NCBI GenBank assembly: GCA_963704365.1
Contig: OY969899.1
Coordinates: 792,121-856,120 of the forward strand
Source: Parachlamydiales bacterium
GTDB taxonomy: Bacteria > Chlamydiota > Chlamydiia > Chlamydiales > JAJFMK01
DNA length: 64,000 nt
Direction: 5' to 3'
Shown: positions 18,372 to 27,104 of the stretch, one piece after another
How positions within the stretch are numbered: position 1 is the first letter of the stretch
Layout of the letters: each line of letters opens with the position of its first letter
The notes under the pieces: generated by a model
The model's database searches: none
What the model was told of the DNA's origin: nothing
What the model saw: only the letters and a program-made list of their open reading frames with translations
Program-made: the position numbers and the translations under genes

Positions 18372-20096
18372 ATGAATACGAGCTGGTTGCCCCCACTATC
18401 TTTAAATGTTCATTCAGTCGCCACTTGGCCTGAGACGATTCACCCTATAACGTCTTTACTTTCTGCTGTTTATGAATTTCAAGAGGCAATTAAGGAGCCG
18501 ACCTTTTCCGATCTAAAGCTCGCAGGAAAAATCCATCACCTTTCTGACCAAAAAATTGCTTATTACAACGGACGATTCGGCTCAATCCTCGAATTTTTCT
18601 CTTCCCTGATCAACTATTTTTTTGTTGGAAGATTCATTAGCGCAGGACGGCTGGGGCTTGAACTAGCAACACCGGTCATTGAAAAGCTGAAGACTAAAGA
18701 ACGTGAGGCTGAACTTTTAAGAGCGCAAATAGAAGCTGAGGAACTTGAGGTTGAACGTGAAAGACTGAAAGTTCAAGAACGTGAGGCTGAACTTTTAAGA
18801 CCAAAAAAAGAAATGGTTGCGACTCTACAGTCTCATTGGCCAAATTCATTTGAACAGACCCACTTTATCGACGTCCTTGCGGCGATTATCCCTTTTGAGA
18901 ACATATCAGCTTGGAAAAAGGGTGCGTCTGAAGAAGAGGGCTATCGGCTGGAACTCGTTAATCCTGTGCGAGGGATGATCGATTTAAATGGTCGCCCCCT
19001 CTTTGTCTCGACAGGAAAAAGCATCCCGATCGAATTTTTTGGCCCAGAATCGAAACGAACACTATCTTTTTCTCCTGGCGCTGTCGAATTCACCACAGAG
19101 CTCTCCCGTTTAGATTGGTTTTCGTTAATGGGACCATTCGGGTTACTTTTGCCTCCTGATCCCATGGCCCATGGCTGGATCAATAGCTTTACCGCAGATC
19201 AATCCACCGTCACTGTTTCCTACACCTTGGCCGGATTCGTTGAAAGTGCCGTTATCCCTTATTCAGCTTTCAAAGAGACTCTAGAGAAAGGCAAATGGAC
19301 TTTCGATCCTATTGTAGAAAAAATCGAAACGGCCGCTCAGCCTACTGTTGCTGAGGCTGTGCCTCCACTCGTTGTTGAAACCGCTCCGCAACCTCCTAAC
19401 GCCCTTGAGGCCGCTGCGGCTCAACCTAAAGAGCTAATGGAAGAGACTTTCAAGTCCATTTGGACAAAAAATTCACTCAACTTTGTCACTCGTTGCTGGA
19501 ACCATCTTTTGAAAGGATCTGACGTTTCTAGCTGGAAACAGACCGGTGAAGATCAGTACACTTTGGAATTAGCTGGAAAAAGCACCATCACACCAAAACC
19601 ATTGAAAATGGGGAATGAGCTTGTTTCTGTGCCTTTCTATTTCGAAGTTGAAGAAAAGGTCAAAATGAACATCAAAAAAGATGATATGGGCCTTTATTCT
19701 TTCGATTTCCCTGAAGGGGGTTTCTCCTCCCTTATGGATATAGCAGCAATGAGGACTTTTCTCTCGAAAATTTCTAATTTTATGAAAACTGCCGATTCCG
19801 AAGAAAAAGAGATCTTTTTGAACGATCTGAATCAGCTTCTTCCAAAACGAAAAGGGCTAGAGATCACAGAATCGGTTCTTACTGATGAGGCTTGGAAACT
19901 CAATGCAGCCCTTTACGCAGTCAGCTGGACAACTAGTACGATCACAACTCCTGTCGAAAAAATCACCATCGGACCTGGCATCACCCAAGTCAAATGTACG
20001 TCACTGATCCCCTTGGTAAAACCTAACATTCACCTCGACTTCAACACATTTTTGAGCCTATTGAATAATTTTGTAGGGCACAACCCTCAAAATTAA
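18372..20096 (+). CDS. hypothetical protein with a coiled-coil and an internal domain duplication
   Basis: 574 aa. REAELLR occurs twice (24-nt direct repeat). There are two related ~150-aa modules (..SAWKKGASEEEGYRLELV.. and ..SSWKQTGEDQYTLELA..). Confidence 0.7.
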   Translation: MNTSWLPPLSLNVHSVATWPETIHPITSLLSAVYEFQEAIKEPTFSDLKLAGKIHHLSDQKIAYYNGRFGSILEFFSSLINYFFVGRFISAGRLGLELATPVIEKLKTKEREAELLRAQIEAEELEVERERLKVQEREAELLRPKKEMVATLQSHWPNSFEQTHFIDVLAAIIPFENISAWKKGASEEEGYRLELVNPVRGMIDLNGRPLFVSTGKSIPIEFFGPESKRTLSFSPGAVEFTTELSRLDWFSLMGPFGLLLPPDPMAHGWINSFTADQSTVTVSYTLAGFVESAVIPYSAFKETLEKGKWTFDPIVEKIETAAQPTVAEAVPPLVVETAPQPPNALEAAAAQPKELMEETFKSIWTKNSLNFVTRCWNHLLKGSDVSSWKQTGEDQYTLELAGKSTITPKPLKMGNELVSVPFYFEVEEKVKMNIKKDDMGLYSFDFPEGGFSSLMDIAAMRTFLSKISNFMKTADSEEKEIFLNDLNQLLPKRKGLEITESVLTDEAWKLNAALYAVSWTTSTITTPVEKITIGPGITQVKCTSLIPLVKPNIHLDFNTFLSLLNNFVGHNPQN

Positions 20097-21940
20097 TCCT
20101 CCTCTAATTGTGTGTAGGTGACTCTGATCGCCTCGATCACTTGGGGGTCAGACAATGTTGAGACATCCCCCATCACCCTCCCCTCGGCAATATCGCGCAA
20201 AAGACGGCGCATGATTTTACCACTTCGGGTTTTTGGGAGATCGTAGATGAAAATGATCTTTTCTGGCCGAGCAAAAGCGCCGATTTTCTTTTCCACCTGG
20301 TGAAGAAGAATTTTTCTCCTCTCCTCGTCCGCTGCTTGCCCCTCTTTTAAAGTGATGAATACTGCAATCGCCTGACCTTTGATCGGATGCGAAATGCCGA
20401 TAGCTGCCGCTTCTGCAACACTTTTGTTGTCAACTAACGCATGCTCTATCTCTGCAGTGCCGATCCGATGGCCTGAGACATTGATCACATCGTCCACTCT
20501 ACCTAAAAGCCAATAATCGCCTTCAGGATCGATTTTTGCTCCGTCCCCGGTGAAATAGAAACGATTATCCCATTTTTTCCAGTAGGTTTCCTGATACCTT
20601 TCGGGATCTTTGTAGATTCCACGCAGCATAGAAGGCCAAGGGGAAGTAATGGCTAAAAACCCATTGGAAACAACATCGCCACGGTTATTCAAAACAGCGA
20701 CTTCCATGCCGGGAAGGGGTTTGGTTGCACAACCTGGTTTAAGTGGGGTTTTTCCTGGAATAGGGGAAATAACAATCGAGCCAGTTTCAGTTTGCCACCA
20801 AGTATCGACAACAGGGCACCTTTGTTGACCAACATTTGCGTAGTACCACAACCAGGCCTCGGGATTGATCGGTTCACCTACAGAGCCTAGAATACGTAAC
20901 GAAGAAAGATTGGCCTTTTCCAACCACTGCTCTCCCCATTTCATAAAAGTGCGAATCGCTGTTGGGGCTGTATAAAGGGTGGTGATCTTGTATTTTTCGA
21001 TCAGTTTCCAGCATCGGTCTTTATCAGGGAAATCGAAAGAACCCTCATACAAGAAAATGGTCATCCCATTAGACAGTGGGCCATAGACAATGTAGCTGTG
21101 GCCCGTCACCCAACCTACATCGGCTGTACACCAATAGATATCGGTAGGTTTCACATCGAAAACTAAACGGGTTGTTTGGGTCGTTTGGACCATGTACCCA
21201 CCCGTTGTATGGACGATCCCTTTTGGCTTTCCGGTTGTTCCTGAAGTGTACAAGATGAAGAGAAGATCTTCGCTATCCATCGGCTCTTGAGGACAACTAT
21301 CAGAGGCTGCTGCTACCAATTCGTGAACCCAGTGGTCTCGATGAGACATCATATGAATTGGGTTTTCCGCATGACGGACAACAAGAACATGGCTAACTGT
21401 CGGGCACTCTTTAACGGCCAAATCGGCAGCCTCTTTGAGGTGTGTGACTTTTCCTCGACGAAATCCCCCATCCGCTGTAACGAGGACTTTAGCGTCGGCA
21501 TCTTGGATCCGATCACGGAGGGCTTCTGAGGAAAATCCTCCGAAAACTACAGTGTGCACAGCTCCAATCCTTGCACAACTGAGCATGGCAATCACCGCTT
21601 CTGGAATCAATGGCAGGTAAATAGCTACACGGTCCCCTTTCTCTACACCTAAGGCCCTTAGCACATTACTAAAACGGCAAACCTCTTTAAGCAGTTCATG
21701 ATAGGTAAACGAACGGCTCTCTCCCCGCTCCCCTTCCCACAAAAGGGCCTTTTTTTCACCGAATCCATCATCCACATGTCGATCGAGACAATTGTCACAA
21801 GCATTGAGTTTTCCACCTAAAAACCATTTGACAAATGGGGCTTCCCATTCCAAGACTTTGCCCCATTTTTTTATCCAGCGGATACTTGCCGCCTCTGTTG
21901 CCCAAAAGTGTTCACGTTCTATTTGCATGGGCTGCAGCAT
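20093..21940 (-). CDS. acs: acetyl-CoA synthetase
   Basis: AMP-binding motif YTSGTTGKPKG. Also WWQTETG, GEPINPEAW and the C-terminal PKTRSGKIMRRLLR, all typical of Acs. Confidence 0.95.
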   Translation of the reverse strand: MLQPMQIEREHFWATEAASIRWIKKWGKVLEWEAPFVKWFLGGKLNACDNCLDRHVDDGFGEKKALLWEGERGESRSFTYHELLKEVCRFSNVLRALGVEKGDRVAIYLPLIPEAVIAMLSCARIGAVHTVVFGGFSSEALRDRIQDADAKVLVTADGGFRRGKVTHLKEAADLAVKECPTVSHVLVVRHAENPIHMMSHRDHWVHELVAAASDSCPQEPMDSEDLLFILYTSGTTGKPKGIVHTTGGYMVQTTQTTRLVFDVKPTDIYWCTADVGWVTGHSYIVYGPLSNGMTIFLYEGSFDFPDKDRCWKLIEKYKITTLYTAPTAIRTFMKWGEQWLEKANLSSLRILGSVGEPINPEAWLWYYANVGQQRCPVVDTWWQTETGSIVISPIPGKTPLKPGCATKPLPGMEVAVLNNRGDVVSNGFLAITSPWPSMLRGIYKDPERYQETYWKKWDNRFYFTGDGAKIDPEGDYWLLGRVDDVINVSGHRIGTAEIEHALVDNKSVAEAAAIGISHPIKGQAIAVFITLKEGQAADEERRKILLHQVEKKIGAFARPEKIIFIYDLPKTRSGKIMRRLLRDIAEGRVMGDVSTLSDPQVIEAIRVTYTQLEED

Positions 21941-22126
21941 TTCAAAAGTGCTTGTTTATTTCAACGCGCGAACATAACCGATCCAATCTACAAAAAAATA
22001 GTCAACTTACTTCCGAAGTTTCTAACCAGATTGACCACAAGAATATGCCTAAATAAATTTTCTATTGATAAATTCAAATGTTGGCATCTAGAATATTGCA
22101 CTTAAAGACAAATCAGCTCCTAAAAT

Positions 22127-22552
22127 ATGACCTCAACTCAAGCATCGTACGATTCTTACACCTTTGCTAGCGCAACAGAAGAAGAATCAAATTCACTAAC
22201 TAGCAAAATAATCGGTGCTGCTATCGAGATCCATCGTACATTAGGCCCTGGACTCCTTGAATCAGCTTATGAAGCTTGCTTAAATTATGAGTTAGGACTT
22301 CAAAAATTAAAAGTTGAAAACCAAAAAGCATTACCTCTTTTTTATAAAGAAGTAAGACTTGATTGTGGCTATAGGCTTGATTTGATTGTCGAAAACAAAA
22401 TTGTTGTGGAGGTAAAGTCCGTTAACGAAATAACTCCAATTCATCAATCACAACTATTATCCTACTTAAAATTATCAAGTTGCGAAATTGGACTGCTCAT
22501 CAACTTTAATGTAAAATTCCTCAAGGACGGCATACGCCGCTTTAAATTATGA
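22127..22552 (+). CDS. GxxExxY family protein (PD-(D/E)xK nuclease-like fold)
   Basis: GPGLLESAYEACL (G-x-x-E-x-x-Y) plus RLDLIVENKIVVEVKS (D...E-x-K). Size is close to the ~125-aa family, with a short N-terminal extension. Confidence 0.9.
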   Translation: MTSTQASYDSYTFASATEEESNSLTSKIIGAAIEIHRTLGPGLLESAYEACLNYELGLQKLKVENQKALPLFYKEVRLDCGYRLDLIVENKIVVEVKSVNEITPIHQSQLLSYLKLSSCEIGLLINFNVKFLKDGIRRFKL

Positions 22553-22636
22553 GCGCTCTCCGTGCTCTCCGTGGTCTCTGTGGTGATATTTTTTTACTCT
22601 TTTAACCACAGAGCTCACAGAGAGCACGGAGAGAAA
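22553..22636. repeat. imperfect palindromic repeat (hairpin A) built from 9-nt units
   Basis: Left arm gcgctctccgtgctctccgtggtctctgtggtgatat and right arm aaccacagagctcacagagagcacggagagaaaa, separated by an AT-rich loop. It starts at the base after the GxxExxY stop codon. Confidence 0.85.
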
Positions 22637-22716
22637 AACTGGAAATTTCAGAATTTGTTAAACCAAAAAAATCAAAATCATTTCAGTGGTTCTATACGTC
22701 AGGTTCATTAGTGATT

Positions 22717-23293
22717 ATGAAAAAGAAATGCAGATGTCAGTGGGTGGTAGAAGGGAACGCTCTCTACGAGGCGTACCACGATGAAGAGTGGGGGGTACCG
22801 GTCCACGATGACAGGAAACACTTTGAGTTTCTGATATTGGAAGGGGCACAGGCAGGTTTAAGCTGGCTCACTATTTTAAAAAGAAGAGAGGGATATCGGA
22901 AGGCTTTTGCCCATTTCGACCCAGTCAAAGTCGCCAGATTTGATCAGTCAAAAATTGAAGAACTTCTGCTCGACGAAGGGATCATCAGAAATCGTTTGAA
23001 AGTGACCTCTGCAGTAGAAAATGCGAAACGGTTTTTAAAGATTCAAGAAGAGTTTGGCAGCTTCGACACCTACATTTGGTCGTTTGTCGGTGGAAAAACA
23101 ATCCAGAATCAAAGGAAGACGATTCAGGAACTTACCCCACAATCGAGCTGAATCGATTGCACTGAGTAAAGACTTGCGGAAAAGGGGATTTAACTTCGTA
23201 GGGCCTACGGTCATGCATGCCCATATGCAGGCCATGGGCTTAATCAACGACCACACTACCGACTGCTTCCGTTACAATGAGGTGACAAAATGA
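22717..23293 (+). pseudogene. tag: DNA-3-methyladenine glycosylase I, interrupted by a +1 frame break
   Basis: The first part (to TGA at 23149-23151) is collinear with E. coli Tag (YHDEEWGVP, EGAQAGLSW, IIRNRLK). The C-terminal part (..ESIALSKDLRKRGFNFVGPTVMHAHMQAMGLINDH..C) continues in the +1 frame to 23293. Confidence 0.85.
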
Positions 23294-24285
23294 AGGCGAT
23301 GCTACTAACAAAACAGGCACCTATTGAAACGGGGCCACTTGAACTTGTCGAAATGGAGATTCCAGAACCTCAAGAACATGAAGTGCAGTTGAAGGTGCAT
23401 GCCTGTGGTGTCTGCAGAACCGATTTACATGTCATCGAAGGGGATCTAAAACATCCAAAGCTGCCTTTAATCCCTGGTCATCAAGTAGTGGGTGTTGTAA
23501 GTAAGCTTGGCTCTAGAGCAAAACGTTTTAAATTAGGCGATCGGATTGGCGTCGCTTGGCTAAGGAAGACATGCGGAGAATGTCCTTTCTGCAAAGAGGG
23601 GCGTGAAAACCTGTGCAAAAGTTCCCTTTATACTGGATATGAAGCTAATGGGGGGTATGCAGAGTATGCTGTTGTTCCAGAAGATTACGCCTACTACATT
23701 CCAGACCGATTCTCAGATGTTGAGGCTGCTCCCCTTCTTTGCGCCGGTATCGTCGGCTATAGAGCTTTTAAGAGGGCTGCATTGCCACAAAGAGGAAAGC
23801 TTGGCGTCTATGGATTTGGCTCATCTGCCCACTTGATTTGCCAAATCGCTAAATTCCAAGGTGCAGAGTTTTATGTTTCTACTAGGGACACAGGTCATCA
23901 GGCATTTGCCAAAGAATTGGGAGCTGTTTGGTCAAGTGGTGATCCAAAGTTTCCTGTTCTTTTAGATAGCATCATTGTTTTCGCTCCGGCAGGCGAGCTT
24001 GTACCCAAAGCTTTAGAGTGTTTAAAGCCAGGCGGCACCGTTTCTCTTGCCGGCATTCACATGAGCGACATTCCCGAAATGCAATACGAGGCTCATCTCT
24101 TTCATGAAAAAAATTTAGTCAGCGTCGAATCAAATACCAGACAAGATGGGGAGGAATTTTTGGCATTAGCTGAAAAAGCGGCATTAAAACCACGTATCAC
24201 GGTGTTTCCGCTTGAGAAGGCAAATGTTGCCCTCCTAAAAGTAAAACAAGACGCCCTCAAAGGGACTGGGGTCCTCCTTTGTTAG
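23290..24285 (+). CDS. zinc-dependent alcohol dehydrogenase family protein
   Basis: GVCRTDLHVIEG (catalytic Zn), CGECPFCKEGRENLC (structural Zn) and GVYGFGSSAH (Rossmann). ATGA overlap with the end of tag. Confidence 0.9.
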   Translation: MKAMLLTKQAPIETGPLELVEMEIPEPQEHEVQLKVHACGVCRTDLHVIEGDLKHPKLPLIPGHQVVGVVSKLGSRAKRFKLGDRIGVAWLRKTCGECPFCKEGRENLCKSSLYTGYEANGGYAEYAVVPEDYAYYIPDRFSDVEAAPLLCAGIVGYRAFKRAALPQRGKLGVYGFGSSAHLICQIAKFQGAEFYVSTRDTGHQAFAKELGAVWSSGDPKFPVLLDSIIVFAPAGELVPKALECLKPGGTVSLAGIHMSDIPEMQYEAHLFHEKNLVSVESNTRQDGEEFLALAEKAALKPRITVFPLEKANVALLKVKQDALKGTGVLLC

Positions 24286-24962
24286 GAACAGTACTTCAAG
24301 AACCAGGCTGCGGCCAAGTCGGCTACAGTTTTTAAAGCTCCCGGTTCCTCGAAAAGATGGGTAGCTCCAGGGACAATCTCCAGTTTTTTAACACTTGTCA
24401 GCTCATCAAATGCCACTTCGTTAAGGGGAATAACATCTCGATCATTGCCACCCACAATCAATAGGACAGGGGCCTTAACCTCTGGAAGGACATCCAGTGC
24501 CAAATCAGGCCTTCCTCCTCTAGAAACGATAGCGCTCACTTTTCCCTTTTCTAGAACAGCCGCTACAAGGGCAGCCGCAGCACCGGTACTTGCTCCAAAA
24601 TACCCAATTTTTTTGGTTCCAAGTTCAGGATCTCTTTTGACCCAATCGGTCACCCCTTTGAGCCTATCAGCTAAAAGGACAATATCAAAACGATATTCGG
24701 CAGTGATCGAATCCTCTTTTTCCTCCTCCATGGTTAGAAGGTCAAATAATAGGGTTCCTAAGTGATGGTTCACTAAGTTGTCTGCAACAAACTGGTTGCG
24801 AGGACTATGCCGACCGCTACCACTTCCGTGGGCAAAAAGGATTAAACCTGACGCTCCCTCCGGCACTGTCAGTATGCCATGTAAGGTAACACCTTGAAAA
24901 TCAATCTTAATTTCTTTTTTTAGCATAACCATCTGAACACCACTTATTAGGACTCTTAACAT
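24282..24962 (-). CDS. dienelactone-hydrolase-like alpha/beta hydrolase
   Basis: LILFAHGSGSGRHSPRN.. and GYFGASTGAAAAL (nucleophile elbow G-x-S-x-G). The start is probably one of the internal Met residues (MVMLKKE). Confidence 0.8.
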   Translation of the reverse strand: MLRVLISGVQMVMLKKEIKIDFQGVTLHGILTVPEGASGLILFAHGSGSGRHSPRNQFVADNLVNHHLGTLLFDLLTMEEEKEDSITAEYRFDIVLLADRLKGVTDWVKRDPELGTKKIGYFGASTGAAAALVAAVLEKGKVSAIVSRGGRPDLALDVLPEVKAPVLLIVGGNDRDVIPLNEVAFDELTSVKKLEIVPGATHLFEEPGALKTVADLAAAWFLKYCS

Positions 24963-25096
24963 TAGTTAACAATTCTTATCAATTTCTTAAAAGAGGTCAA
25001 TGCTATTAAAAGTTTAAAGAGACATGCAGGTTACGTGCCAATGTGTGCGGGGTCTGTAAAAAGCTAAACAAAATAAATAAATAAATAGGAGAATGT

Positions 25097-25523
25097 ATGA
25101 ATATCATCGTAAAATGTACTTTAGCCGCTTGTGCTATGTTATTTAGTGGGTCTACACTTTCAGACTGATTATGATTGTGGTTACTTCAATGGCCAAGGGG
25201 AAATTGTCCCAATGAAAAGATGTGTGGTTGAAAAGTGCTGCTGCACAAAACCATGCCGTCCTTGCCCAAAACCTTACTGCCCACCACCAAGAGTGATTTG
25301 CTACTCATGCCCATCATGCCCTGAATATGCTGCTTATTGGGCAAACCAAGATGCTGCTATGGCCAATGATGTTAACAACGTCCGTGGTGCACCAGCTCCT
25401 AGCCAAGTAGATAAATGGGAAAGCACTGGCTTCAACGATAATGGCAATCGTACAGGCAGCAATGCTATGATGAAAGATTCTGGCACCATGATGAAAGATT
25501 CTGGCACCATGATGAACAAATAA
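25097..25523 (+). pseudogene. small Cys-rich putative lipoprotein, signal peptide and mature part in different frames
   Basis: RBS aggagaa precedes ATG 25097, which encodes MNIIVKCTLAACAMLFSGSTLSD with lipobox L-A-A-C and stops at TGA 25166. The Cys/Pro-rich body (..CCCTKPCRPCPKPYCPPPRVICYSCPSCPEY..) runs in the +1 frame to 25523. Confidence 0.5.
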
Positions 25524-25545
25524 ACAACCGTTTGAGGGATAAAGT

Positions 25546-25869
25546 ATGAAAGCATTTCCGTTATTGATGATTGCCTCTCTGATGGTGGTTTCAGAGGTTG
25601 CTGCTGGATACGGCGATTATTCAGTATCAACACCAAGTAGCAACTCAACTAATAGCGATGATGTTTTAAGCAGAGTGAGAGCGACGCTTGAGAACGATCC
25701 GATGTTGTCCAAAAATGGGAACAACATCCAAGTAACGATCGACTCAAGCAACCGGGTCACTTTGACAGGCACTGTTGCTCAAGCTTCTGATAAACGTAGG
25801 GCCGAGACCCTTGTCAGAGGCATGAGAGGGGTTAAAACAGTGAACAACAATATCACTATCCCTCGGTAA
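25546..25869 (+). CDS. BON-domain protein with signal peptide
   Basis: NNIQVTIDSSNRVTLTGTVAQASDKRRAETLVRGMRGVKTVNNNITI fits the BON domain. The N-terminus is hydrophobic. Confidence 0.85.
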   Translation: MKAFPLLMIASLMVVSEVAAGYGDYSVSTPSSNSTNSDDVLSRVRATLENDPMLSKNGNNIQVTIDSSNRVTLTGTVAQASDKRRAETLVRGMRGVKTVNNNITIPR

Positions 25870-25877
25870 TAAAGCTG

Positions 25878-25915
25878 GATCGGCTCTCTCCCAAGGAAAG
25901 AGCCGATCTTTTTTC
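25878..25915 (+). terminator. rho-independent terminator after the BON gene
   Basis: Stem gatcggctct/agagccgatc followed by tttttt. Confidence 0.65.
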
Positions 25916-25988
25916 TTGTCCTAATTTCCCCTAAAAGTTTAAAGGAAAGAGTTCGGCAATTAAGCCGATTTAACCTTTAGGTGATCAA

Positions 25989-26138
25989 ATGTCATTTATC
26001 AGCAACATCGGCTTTATCTTGTTAGCCATTTACTTGATACTCGTAGGCTTGGGTACACTTGCAGGCTTTGCAATTCCTGCCATCATCATGGGCATTCTTG
26101 CTATTGCTTCAGGCGTTTTTATCCTGCTCGGAAAATAG
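25989..26138 (+). CDS. 49-aa two-TM membrane peptide (absent from the ORF track)
   Basis: ATG preceded by aggtga. Product MSFISNIGFILLAIYLILVGLGTLAGFAIPAIIMGILAIASGVFILLGK. It lies in an otherwise empty 340-nt gap. Confidence 0.45.
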   Translation: MSFISNIGFILLAIYLILVGLGTLAGFAIPAIIMGILAIASGVFILLGK

Positions 26139-26207
26139 CCCTTTTCCTTTTCTTAAATCCGCGCAGCCTGTAAATTTTGCATTCATCAATTTAGTTTGCA
26201 ATAATTT

Positions 26208-27104
26208 ATGGCTGCATTGAAAAAATTCCATTTTTTATTTCTTTTTTCCCTCTTCATTTTTGGTTCTATCAAAGGGGAAATCAATGAAGAAAAATGCAGA
26301 TGGGATTTGTCGATTTGCGCTATCTTTCAAGATGAAGCTCCCTACTTAAAAGAGTGGCTCGAATTTCACCTCATGGCCGGAGTGCAACATTTCTATCTCT
26401 ATAACAATAACAGCACGGATAACTATTTACAGATCCTTTTGCCTTATATAAAATCTGGAACTGTAGAATTGATGAATTGGCCAAGCCCAATCGATCAAGA
26501 TTGGACCCCCTTCCAACATAGAGCCTACATCCACTGCCTCGGAAAGGCCATCGGCCAGACACGTTGGCTTGCAACCATTGATCTAGATGAATTTTTAGTT
26601 CCTGTCTCTAAGCCCGATTTAAAAGCTATTTTAAAGCCCTTTGAAAAAAGAAGTGAAATCGGCGGAGTCATGGTATTCTGGCAGATTTATGGGACCTCTT
26701 TTTGCCCGAACATTTCCGAAGGGAAACTGCTTATCGAAACCCTGACTAGAAAAGCCCCTCAAGATTATCACTGGAATCGCCATGTTAAAACGATATGCCG
26801 TCCAGCTACTGTGCAACAGATCCATGTTCATACACACGTGTACAAATCTGGGTATTTAGATGTGACTACAAATGGAGGAGGAGGTCCAAATCAACCCATA
26901 CAGGTCGATCAGATGAGGATCAATCACTACTGGACCCGAGATAATGACTACCTTTTTAATGTTAAATTGCCCCGGAGGAAAAGGTATGAGAAAAGAGATT
27001 ACGAGCAACATGAGATCGACTATTTCATCCACGATTTCAACTTTGAAGAAGATCCGATCATGCTCCGTTTCGTCCCTGAACTAAAGAAGCGTCTCTCTCA
27101 ATGA
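26208..27104 (+). CDS. GT92-like (DUF23-type) glycosyltransferase with N-terminal anchor
   Basis: ICAIFQDEAPYLKEWLEFHLMAGVQHFYLYNNNS.. and IDLDEFLVP (DxD) match the Glyco_transf_92 pattern. The N-terminus is hydrophobic. Confidence 0.75.
   Translation: MAALKKFHFLFLFSLFIFGSIKGEINEEKCRWDLSICAIFQDEAPYLKEWLEFHLMAGVQHFYLYNNNSTDNYLQILLPYIKSGTVELMNWPSPIDQDWTPFQHRAYIHCLGKAIGQTRWLATIDLDEFLVPVSKPDLKAILKPFEKRSEIGGVMVFWQIYGTSFCPNISEGKLLIETLTRKAPQDYHWNRHVKTICRPATVQQIHVHTHVYKSGYLDVTTNGGGGPNQPIQVDQMRINHYWTRDNDYLFNVKLPRRKRYEKRDYEQHEIDYFIHDFNFEEDPIMLRFVPELKKRLSQ

Noticed and set aside
23149-23151. TGA read as a sense codon (genetic code 4 or 25) to explain the interrupted genes
   Set aside because: In every case the conserved continuation is in the +1 frame, not in frame with the TGA. 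TGA also terminates family-length genes here (GxxExxY, the HSL esterase, GT92).
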